Below are positions 1 through 8,400 of a stretch of DNA of 12,909 nucleotides, piece by piece. The DNA lies in the NCBI GenBank assembly GCA_051652765.1, contig JBOFUV010000145.1, positions 1-12,909 on the forward strand, read 5' to 3'. A program made the translations under genes and the position numbers. Every line of letters starts with the position of its first letter. Within the stretch, counting starts at the first letter, position 1. Below the pieces are notes generated by a model, which was given only the letters and a program-made list of their open reading frames with translations, was not told the origin of the DNA and did no database searches. This stretch comes from Microcoleaceae cyanobacterium. GTDB lineage: Bacteria > Cyanobacteriota > Cyanobacteriia > Cyanobacteriales > Microcoleaceae.

Positions 1-240
1 GTTTTATCTTTAGCTTGTTCGGTGAGTTCTCCGGCTTTATCCTTGGCTTGAGCCGCTAACTCTTGGGCTTTATCTTTGGCTTGTTCGGCAACTTCTCCGG
101 CTTTTTGCTTGGCCTGAACAGCTAACTCTTGAGCTTTGCCTTGGAGTTGGCCAGTTTTATCTTTAGCTTGTTCGGTGAGTTCTCCAGCTTTTTGTTTGAC
201 TTGACCTGCGACTTCTCCAGCTTTCTGTTTTGCCTGCTCA
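1..240 (-). repeat. Coding 33-bp (11-aa) LEA group 3-like tandem repeats
   Basis: Units EQAKQKAGEVA, GQVKQKAGELT, EQAKDKTGQLQ, (GKAQELA), VQAKQKAGEVA, EQAKDKAQELA, AQAKDKAGELT, EQAKDK... The DNA GTTTTATCTTTAGCTTGTTCGGTGAGTTCTCC occurs at both 1-32 and 154-185. Confidence 0.85.
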
Positions 241-848
241 AAAATATTTTGCCCCCCTCGAACAGCTCCTGCCATATCTTGCTGAGTTTGCTTGTAGTCT
301 TCCTTGAGAAAATCAGCCGCTTGAGCCATCTTTTGAGTTAATCCTGGGGCGTATTGTTCAGTTTCCTTCACAACGCTATCTGCCGCAATAATCCGCTTCG
401 GGCCAACACTCGTGATCGCAGAGACGGGGAATTGATAAACACCGTCGGCAACTCCTTGCCAACCATTGGAAACAAACAAATAGTCTGTAATTGCTCCTGT
501 TTTCGCATTGAAGCGATAGCTGACAACCTTACCGGCGTTGTGTCCAGCATCTGTCCAAAGTTGATGGCCAATCAAGCTACTAGCGGATTCTGGGAGTCCG
601 AGTTCTGCGTCTTCTGAAAGTTGGACTAAAACGCTGTCCTTCCCAAAGGTCTGAATCAATGAAAAAGGTAGGGTATTTTTTTTGCGGCCCAGTAATCCCA
701 ACTTACAGGTGAGACCGAGAACTTGATGGGTCTGAGGATCAATCTGAATTGAACTGACCCGACCCACTTCTTCTGTCGTTCGGACATCAAGCACCAGTTG
801 GTTGAGCACGTCATGGGAATTGATAATGGTTTCTTCTGATGCAGTCAT
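1..848 (-). CDS. PRC-barrel domain protein with C-terminal LEA-like 11-mer helical repeats (partial, 3' end outside window)
   Basis: Hand translation from ATG at 848 gives 282 codons with no stop to the window edge: MTASEETIINSHDVLNQLVLDVRTTEEVGRVSSIQIDPQTHQVLGLTCKLGLLGRKKNTLPFSLIQTFGKDSVLV (PRC-like), then SLIGHQLWTDAGHNAGKVVSYRFNAKTGAITDYLFVSNGWQGVADGVYQFPVSAITSVGPKRII (second PRC-like), then EQAKQKAGEVA/GQVKQKAGELT/EQAKDKTGQLQ repeats. GGAG (857-860, minus strand) lies 8 nt upstream of the ATG. It is probably absent from the ORF track because it has no stop in the window. Confidence 0.88.
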   Translation of the reverse strand, partial: MTASEETIINSHDVLNQLVLDVRTTEEVGRVSSIQIDPQTHQVLGLTCKLGLLGRKKNTLPFSLIQTFGKDSVLVQLSEDAELGLPESASSLIGHQLWTDAGHNAGKVVSYRFNAKTGAITDYLFVSNGWQGVADGVYQFPVSAITSVGPKRIIAADSVVKETEQYAPGLTQKMAQAADFLKEDYKQTQQDMAGAVRGGQNIFEQAKQKAGEVAGQVKQKAGELTEQAKDKTGQLQGKAQELAVQAKQKAGEVAEQAKDKAQELAAQAKDKAGELTEQAKDK

Positions 849-1029
849 TGCCTAAGCTCCAATGTAAAAAAATGGTTAGCAACCTGTCTGTGCTGCAATC
901 AAGATTCAGTCTAATGCCCACGGACAATTGTCTATTAGTTTATCTCTACTTCTACCAAACCGGGATTAGGCACTAATGTCTCTTCGGCTAGGATGTTGGA
1001 AACTCGTCAAATTCTCCTAGGATAAAGCG

Positions 1030-3915
1030 TTATGACCTACGACTAGCCCTAACCCATTGCCGAATTAACTTTTCTAACTCGACCCAGACAAATACCAAGA
1101 GACTAAATCCCAGACAGATGCCAAGCTCCCTCAGGGTAAGGGCCTCAGTCCCAAAAAACTTTTGCAGCGGTGGCACATAAACCAACATCAATTGGAGAAT
1201 AGTGGTCAGGGTTACAGCCGCTAACAGATAGGGATTGGAGAGCGGATTCATTTGGAAGGTGAACTTTGTATCGGAGCGAACTGCCAGGGCATGGCCCATC
1301 TGAGCCAAACAGAGGGTGGTAAACACCATGGTCTTCCAGCGTTGGGGATGACTGGAACCTTGGGATTCCCCATAGGCCCACATCATCAACACAATCGTGA
1401 GCAGGGAAAAAACCAAACCAATCCGAACCATGTAAAACCCTAGTCCTCTGGCAAAAATACTCTCACGGGGATTGAAGGGAGAACGCTGCATCACATGGGG
1501 TTCGGCAGGCTCCATGGCCAGGGCTAGGGCAGGTAAGCCATCTGTCACCAGGTTCATCCAAAGAATTTGCAGGGGGGTTAACGGTGATCCACCCAATCCT
1601 AAAATTGGAGCGGCGGCAATCGTTAGAACCTCTCCAATATTACTGCCCAGAATATACTTGACAAAGCGCCGAATATTGTCATAAACAACTCGGCCTTCCT
1701 CCGTCGCCGCAACAATGGTGGCAAAATTATCATCTAGCAGGATCATATCGCTGGCCTCTTTGCTAACGTCCGTTCCAGAAATTCCCATGGCAATGCCGAT
1801 ATCTGCCTGTTTCAAGGCGGGGGCATCATTGACTCCATCCCCGGTCATCGCAACGATTTCTCCCTGTTGTTGCAACGCCTGGACAATGCGGAGTTTGTGT
1901 TCTGGGGTCACGCGGGCATAGACACTGACCTGAGTCTGTTTCTCCAATTCGGACTGGCTCATCTGCTGGAGTTGCTGCCCGACTAACACTTGATCTCCAG
2001 GGCGGGCAATGTCAAGCTGTTGGGCGATCGCTGTGGCCGTCAGTTGATGATCCCCCGTAATCATGATCGGGTGAATTCCTGCCACTCGACAGAGTTTGAC
2101 GGCTTCTTTCACCTCTGGACGGGGCGGGTCTGACATGCCGACGAGTCCCAGCCAGACTAGTTCTTGTTCTGGGTCTTGTTCTAAGGGTTGTTCTGGATCT
2201 AGTTCTTCTAAAGGGTGGTCTGGGAGTTCTGCCTCAGTCGCATTCGGCTTTTCTAAGAGGGGCTTGTACGCAAGCCCAATCACTCGTAAGCCTTGAGCCG
2301 CCATTTGATTATTTTGATCCAGGATAGTTTGACGGTTGTCCTGATTCAGGGCAAGGGTTTGACTGCCAACAAGAAGGCGATCGCATCGTTGCAAGACCTC
2401 TTCAGGCGATCCCTTAGTAAAAGCCAAAAAAGGAGTGGACGGGAGTTTTAGCGTCTCACATCCTGTTGGGATTGCTCCAGTCTGACAGATGACACTCATC
2501 CGTTTCCGTTCCGAGGTGAAAGGAACTTCGCTAACCCGAGGCAACTGCTGTTCCCAGGTCTGTTTAAAAATTCCAGCTTTCCTGGCTAGAGCGAGAAATG
2601 CACCCTCCGTTGGGTCGCCCAGAACTGACCACTGATCATTTTCAGATTGCAACTGAGCATCGTTACACAGGGTTCCAGCCAAGAGTAAGAGTTGTAACTC
2701 CTGCAATTCCTGAGCCGTTGCAGCTTGAGGGTTCTCTTCTTCAGAGCGACGAATCTCTCCCCAGGGAGCATACCCTTCTCCAGTCACGGTGAACTGATGA
2801 GTCGCTGTCGTGACCTGTTGAACCACCATTTTGTTTTGGGTCAGGGTGCCGGTTTTGTCAGAACAGATGGTGGTGACTGAACCCAGGGTTTCAACGGCAG
2901 GGAGTTTGCGAATCAGGGCCTGTCGCCGCACCATCCGTTGGGTTCCAATGGCCAAGGTGACGGTAACCACAGCAGGCAATCCCTCTGGAACAACAGCAAC
3001 CGCCATGCTGAGGGAAACTTCCAACAATTCCTCCAGGTATTGCCATCCTCCTGTGCGAAGAATTCCCCCAACGACAATAATCGCCACCAAAACTAAAGAT
3101 CCCGTGACTAAGACATTTCCTAGTTGGGTCATGCGCCGCTGCAACGGGGTAGGTTCAGTCTCGACTGACTGGATCATCGCCGCGATCTGTCCCAACTCCG
3201 TATTCATCCCAGTCTCGGTGAGCACCATTTTGCCCCGTCCCTGAACGACTTCTGTTCCCTGGAAGGCCATGTTGGTGCGATCCGCTAGACCAATATCTTC
3301 TTGGAGTTGTTCCGTGGCTTGCTTGGTTACTGCTGCCGCTTCCCCCGTCAGGGTTGCTTCCCGAATCTGCAAATTCTGGGCTTCGAGCAACCGTCCATCA
3401 GCAGGGATTTGAACTCCAGCCTCTAAAAAAACGATGTCACCCGGAATCAACTCACGGGAATCAATCTCTAAGATCTGCTGAGATCTAAACACTCGAACTT
3501 GCGGGGTAGAGAGGTGTTTGAGTGCCGCCAAGGCTTTTTCGGCCCGACTCTCCTGAATGAAACCCAAAACCCCATTCAGGATTACGATAGAAAAAATTGC
3601 CACCGCATCTTTGGGAAAGTTGCCATTCCTAAAATCTAAAACGGCAGAGATAATCGCAACCACAATCAACATCACCAACATCACGTTGGTAAATTGTTCC
3701 CAGAGAATTTCTAACGGTTTGCGACCGGAGGCTGTCTCCAGCTCATTCGCACCATAGCGTTGCTGACGGCGGCTAATTTCTTCTGGGGTCAATCCTTGTT
3801 GAGGATTAACCTCCATGACTTGACAGACCTTTTCGACCTCAAGGCTATGCCAGGGAAGTTTTGGGAGAGATGGAGTGTCAGAGATAGAGGTTTGAGGGGT
3901 TGGGAGAGATGCCAT
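1030..3915 (-). CDS. pacL: P-type IIA cation-translocating (Ca2+-type) ATPase, PacL-like
   Basis: 961 aa. Motifs: DKTGTLT phosphorylation site (2845-2859), LTGEA actuator motif, PEGLP (TM4), [28 protein letters not shown]5 SNIGE, TM6 [11 protein letters not shown]. The N-terminal segments WHSL...FPKDAVAI...[13 protein letters not shown] closely resemble Synechococcus PacL as I recall it. Confidence 0.95.
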   Translation of the reverse strand: MASLPTPQTSISDTPSLPKLPWHSLEVEKVCQVMEVNPQQGLTPEEISRRQQRYGANELETASGRKPLEILWEQFTNVMLVMLIVVAIISAVLDFRNGNFPKDAVAIFSIVILNGVLGFIQESRAEKALAALKHLSTPQVRVFRSQQILEIDSRELIPGDIVFLEAGVQIPADGRLLEAQNLQIREATLTGEAAAVTKQATEQLQEDIGLADRTNMAFQGTEVVQGRGKMVLTETGMNTELGQIAAMIQSVETEPTPLQRRMTQLGNVLVTGSLVLVAIIVVGGILRTGGWQYLEELLEVSLSMAVAVVPEGLPAVVTVTLAIGTQRMVRRQALIRKLPAVETLGSVTTICSDKTGTLTQNKMVVQQVTTATHQFTVTGEGYAPWGEIRRSEEENPQAATAQELQELQLLLLAGTLCNDAQLQSENDQWSVLGDPTEGAFLALARKAGIFKQTWEQQLPRVSEVPFTSERKRMSVICQTGAIPTGCETLKLPSTPFLAFTKGSPEEVLQRCDRLLVGSQTLALNQDNRQTILDQNNQMAAQGLRVIGLAYKPLLEKPNATEAELPDHPLEELDPEQPLEQDPEQELVWLGLVGMSDPPRPEVKEAVKLCRVAGIHPIMITGDHQLTATAIAQQLDIARPGDQVLVGQQLQQMSQSELEKQTQVSVYARVTPEHKLRIVQALQQQGEIVAMTGDGVNDAPALKQADIGIAMGISGTDVSKEASDMILLDDNFATIVAATEEGRVVYDNIRRFVKYILGSNIGEVLTIAAAPILGLGGSPLTPLQILWMNLVTDGLPALALAMEPAEPHVMQRSPFNPRESIFARGLGFYMVRIGLVFSLLTIVLMMWAYGESQGSSHPQRWKTMVFTTLCLAQMGHALAVRSDTKFTFQMNPLSNPYLLAAVTLTTILQLMLVYVPPLQKFFGTEALTLRELGICLGFSLLVFVWVELEKLIRQWVRASRRS

Positions 3916-4010
3916 TAGAAGTTGCCAACTTGAAGGATCGATTGGGTGGACAGGAGGGGTGTTCCCTTAGTTTCACTCTAATAAATCATAGGAGTTATAC
4001 ACTTGCCCCC

Positions 4011-4976
4011 TTAAAAATATTTGAACCCCAATGCTTGTAACGCCAGTATTCCAGCACCATAGGCAGGTTCATGACGGGGCCAAACCACTTGAACTCTAGG
4101 GGCAGTTTCTCGAACCCTGGCCTCAAAATGTTGGCGCAGATTGGCCAACCCTTGCCAAGTTCCTCCCTGGGTAACCACTTCCAGATCTGCCATCGGATCG
4201 AACAAGGCATGAATCACAACCTGAGTTGCTAGCGCCAACTCTTGAGCTGCTGTGAGGATAATATCCTGAGCAATTTTATCCCCCGTCACTGCCACCCGAT
4301 CCACAATCAAGGCCAAGGCAGCAATGTCCTTTACGCCCCAACCCTGGCGGTAAATCAGTTCAATCAAGGCTTCAGGACTGTCTAACTCTAAGTGAACTTG
4401 AAAAGCCTCAACCAACTGAGTAAACTCACCTCGCCCATCATAGAATCTCAAGGCTGCCCGTAAACCCTGAATCGCGATGTCATATCCGCTGCCCTCGTCA
4501 CCCAACAGATATCCCCAACCCCCAACCCGTTTGGTTTGACCCCGAGAATTTTGCCCGAAAACATGGGAGCCTGTACCGGCGATCGCCACAATTCCAACCC
4601 CATGACCCAAGCCCCCGATTAACGCGCTTAAGTGATCGCTGCCAATCAGGAGGGCTTCTGGCTGTAAATTCCACTGAACTGGAAGTTCAGACAGGGATTG
4701 AAGTTGTTGAATCACACTCTGAATAGCCTGGAAGTCCTCCGGACGACCCACTCCTGCCAAACCCAAGCTCATCCCCCGAATAGCGACTTTAGAGTAACCA
4801 CTCTGAGCAATGGCTTGGGCGATCGCCACCTCCAAGGACTGCCGAACCACCTCTAAACCTACAGTTTGATAGTTGGCGGGGCCAGATTCACCTCGACTCA
4901 ACACCCGACCAGTTTCATCCATCAACACACACACCGTTTTTGTACCACCGCCATCGAGACCCAGAACGTAATTCAT
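4011..4976 (-). CDS. BadF/BadG/BcrA/BcrD ATPase family protein, probable N-acetylglucosamine/N-acetylmuramic acid-type sugar kinase
   Basis: 321 aa. N-terminal ASKHA phosphate-1 motif LGLDGGGTKT, plus GPAN, GLAG, IAGTGS and RVGGWGYLLGDEGSGY, and C-terminal EPAYGA. The substrate is inferred from the family only. Confidence 0.92.
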   Translation of the reverse strand: MNYVLGLDGGGTKTVCVLMDETGRVLSRGESGPANYQTVGLEVVRQSLEVAIAQAIAQSGYSKVAIRGMSLGLAGVGRPEDFQAIQSVIQQLQSLSELPVQWNLQPEALLIGSDHLSALIGGLGHGVGIVAIAGTGSHVFGQNSRGQTKRVGGWGYLLGDEGSGYDIAIQGLRAALRFYDGRGEFTQLVEAFQVHLELDSPEALIELIYRQGWGVKDIAALALIVDRVAVTGDKIAQDIILTAAQELALATQVVIHALFDPMADLEVVTQGGTWQGLANLRQHFEARVRETAPRVQVVWPRHEPAYGAGILALQALGFKYF

Positions 4977-5172
4977 GCAAATTCCAAAGGCTAACTTCGA
5001 GGATTGACAAAGTTAGATAGATTGCAATTGTATCAAATCCGGCTGATTGCTGGTGATCAGGGAGGTGTGGAGACTGATACTAGCGCAACGCTTCGCGAAT
5101 GCCTCCACATTTATTAATGTAGCCATCAATTGACACGGTGCTCTGACTCTGGCAAATTTGACTACATCACGC

Positions 5173-5383
5173 GATGTGCAACTTTTCTGATCTCCCTCAC
5201 CCTAAATCCCTCTCCCAGAGGGGGAAGAGGGACTTTAACCAATTCTGGCTCCCCTTCTCCTGCCTTGGGAGAAGGGGCTGGGGGATGAGGGATGACATCG
5301 TATAAGTCTACAGACAAAGGATGTGCAACTTTCCTGATCTCCCTCACCCTAAATCCCTCTCCCAGAGGGGGAAGAGGGACTTT
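5173..5383. repeat. 64-bp direct repeat pair (5173-5236 and 5320-5383), one mismatch, 147-bp period
   Basis: GATGTGCAACTTTYCTGATCTCCCTCACCCTAAATCCCTCTCCCAGAGGGGGAAGAGGGACTTT occurs twice in the intergenic region. Confidence 0.95.
5194..5291. repeat. ~98-bp REP-like double-hairpin dispersed repeat (copy 1)
   Basis: Hairpin A: TCCCTCTCCC-AGAGG-GGGAAGAGGGA. Hairpin B: CCCCTTCTCC-TGCCTTG-GGAGAAGGGG. The ends CCCTCACCC... and ...GGGATGAGGG form an imperfect inverted repeat. A near-identical copy lies at 12821-12909. Confidence 0.85.
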
Positions 5384-5421
5384 GAGAAGTTTACCTCCCC
5401 CAGTATTGGGGGTCGGGGGGC
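5341..5421. repeat. REP-like element variant: hairpin A joined to a different hairpin (CCCCCA-GTAT-TGGGGG)
   Basis: The left half is identical to 5194-5236. The right half, CCTCCCCCAGTATTGGGGGTCGGGGGGC, replaces hairpin B. Confidence 0.75.
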
Positions 5422-5471
5422 GAACTGCTGTTGTTCCTATTATTTTTTTAAACAAGTTTTAACGAGGGTTT

Positions 5472-8400
5472 ATGGCTGATTTTACTGTTAATACACTGGT
5501 TGATGAGAATGATGGGGTTGGAGTTGGCGGGGTGTCCCTCCGAGATGCCATCACCGCAGCAAACACAACACCTGGAGCCGACACCATCACGTTTGATAAT
5601 TCCGTCATCACGAACGGAACCATCACCCTAACCGCTGGCCAACTGAGCATTACAGAAAGCCTACAAATTAACGGCGACACCGACAGCAACCCCGCCACCC
5701 AAAATATTACAGTCAGCGGCAACAACCTCTCCCGCGTATTCAACGTTAACGATGGTACAGCCACAGTCCAAACCGTTACGATCTCAGGACTAACGATTAC
5801 TGGGGGAACAGCAACAAATGGCGGTGGAATTTTCAACCAGGAAGACCTGACCCTGACCAACAGCACCCTGAGTGGCAATTCGGCTGGATATGGTGGTGGG
5901 GGCATCTACAACAACAACGGGACAGCTAGCATTACCAACAGCACCATTAGTGGTAATTATGCTTACTACGACGGCGGCGGAATCAATAACCGTTTTGGGA
6001 CAATCAGTATTACCAGTAGTACCCTAAGTGGCAATACTACTGACGACGATGGTGGGGGTATCTATAGCTATCGAGGTACAATCACTCTTACTGACAGTAC
6101 CCTAAGTGGCAATATTGCTAACGACGATGGTGGAGGCATAACTCACTTCCGGGGAACAACCAGCATTACCGACAGCACCATTATTGGCAATACTGCTGAC
6201 GAGGATGGGGGCGGCCTCGACAATGATGAGGGCACAGCTATCCTAACTAACAGCACCATTAGTGGCAATAGCGCTTCAGACGGTGGGGGTATCTACAGCG
6301 ACGGTGGGACAACCAGCATTACCGACAGCACCATTAGTGGCAATACGGCTGGCAGTTATGGTGGGGGTATCTACAATAATGATGGGACAGCTAGCATTAC
6401 CAACAGCATCATTAGTGGCAATACGGCTAGCTATGGTGGGGGTATCTACAGCGACGGTGGGACAACCAGCATTACCGACAGCACTATTAGTGGCAATACA
6501 GCTGGCGATGATGGTGGGGCCATCTACAACAACGGTACAGCAAGCATTATCAATAGCACCATTAGTGGCAATATTGCTGGCAATTATGGGGGGGCCATCT
6601 ACAACAACGGTACAGCAAGCATTATCAATAGCACCATTAGTGGCAATATTGCTGGCAATTATGGTGGGGCCATCCACAACGATGGGACAACCAGCATTAC
6701 CAACAGCACCATTAGTGTCAATAGCGCTGTTGAGGACGGTGGGGCTATCTATAACACCGGGACAGCCAGCATTACCAATAGCACCATTAGTGGTAATACT
6801 GTTGGCGATGAAGGTGGGGCCATTTACAACAGCGGGACAACCAACATTACAAATAGCACCATCAGTTACAATAGCGCTAGTGATTTCGGTGGGGGTATCT
6901 ACAACGGCGGGACAGCTAGCATTACCAACAGCACTATTAGTGGCAATAGCGCTGGTTATGACGGTGGGGGTATCGACAACTACGGGACAGCTAGCATTAC
7001 CAACAGCACCATTATTGGTAATAGCGCTGGTTATGACGGTGGGGGTATCTACAACAGCGGGACAACCAGCATTACCAGTACGATTGTTGCGACCAATATT
7101 GCACCAACGGGTACTGATCTATTCGGTAGCTTCACTAATGGTGGTAGTAACCTGATTGGTGATGCAACAGGCAGTACAGGATTTACCGTTGATAATATTC
7201 TGATTGGAGACTCTGCCAATCTAGTTGATCCCCAGATCGAGCCTCTTGCTAATAATGGTGGCCCAACCTTAACCCATGCGATTCCAGCCACTAGTCCAGC
7301 CTTCAGCGCAGGTAGCAACCCCCTGAATTTGCTCACTGACCAACGGGGAACAGGTTTTGTGCGGGTTAGTGCTCTCACCCCAGATATTGGAGCCTTTGAA
7401 ATTCAGAATGGTTTGCCGGATGCTGTGAATGATCCCGACACAGCCGGGAATCCAGACTTCATCACTGATGAAGATACGTCTTTTACTACAGGGAATGTCC
7501 TCACGAATGACTCTGATCCGGATGGGGATGCTTTTAGTGTTGTCAGTTTTGATGCCACAGGGACAGTGGGCACAGTAACAGACAATACCGATGGTACCTT
7601 TGGCTATGACCCCAATGATCAATTCGAGACGTTGGGGGTGGGTGAGACCAATATAGACACCTTCACCTACACTATTGAAGATATCTTTACAAATCCAGAC
7701 ACCGCAACGGTCACAATCACGATCAATGGTGTTAACGATGCTCCCGTTGCTGTGGCAGATCCCTTCACCACCAATCCAACCACGGCAGTTATCTTCAATC
7801 CCCTGATCAATGACACAGATGTAGATCAAAACGATTCCCTCAGCGTGTTTAGCGTGGGTGCAACCTCTACCCCTGGCACAACTGTTACGGTTGACAGCCC
7901 CACCACAATTCGGTACAACCCCGGCAATGCCTTTGCTGGACTTGCCCCAGGACAGACTGCAACCGACACCTTTGACTACACAATTAGTGATAACAATGGG
8001 GCAACCAGTACGGCTCAGATCACCGTCACCATTACCGACGCCATCGATGAGCCCCCGACTGTCGTTGCGCCCCTGGGTTCTATCACCGTTGATGAAGATG
8101 ATGACCCCAGGACTATTGATCTCTCTGGTGTCTTTACTGACCCTGACAGCGATCCAACGGCCATTATCAAGAGCATTTTGGATAACAGCAATTCAGCCCT
8201 AGTGACTCCTGAGCTTGCAGGCAATACCCTCATCCTCAGTTTTACCCCCGATGGATTTGGCACAGCTCGAATTGCGATCGAGGGAGATTCGAATGGGTTG
8301 AAGATTCAGGACACGTTAACGGTAATTGTTAACCCGGTTGATGATCCACCCACTATTGCCAATCCAATTAGTAACCTGTTGGTGGCAGAGAACGCTTCCA

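Noticed and set aside
129..617. Short ORFs 129-341, 354-617 and 368-571
   Set aside because: They overlap the longer PRC/LEA reading frame, which has clear protein-like features.
3337..3348. TGEA instead of canonical TGES in the ATPase actuator domain
   Set aside because: The catalytic TGE is intact, and TGEA is, as I recall, the normal form in cyanobacterial PacL. It is not evidence of inactivation.
1145..3757. Multiple short ORFs overlapping the ATPase
   Set aside because: They are antisense or off-frame shadows of a well-supported gene.
5004..5135. TTGACA -35 hexamers at 5004 and 5130 (also at 12312)
   Set aside because: None has a convincing -10 box at 16-18 bp spacing, so no promoter is called.
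5162..5455. 97-aa minus-strand ORF with internal repeat KVPLPPLGEGFRVREIRKVAH
   Set aside because: It is a translation of the palindromic DNA repeats and most likely spurious.
5820..7080. Diversity-generating retroelement TR/VR pair among the AAC-rich repeats
   Set aside because: There is no reverse transcriptase gene, differences between copies are not confined to adenines, and all copies are in-frame coding repeats.
6262..7155. 297-aa alternative-frame ORF and antisense ORFs within the adhesin
   Set aside because: These are by-products of tandem repeats and biased codon use: a stop-free repeat unit propagates an open frame.
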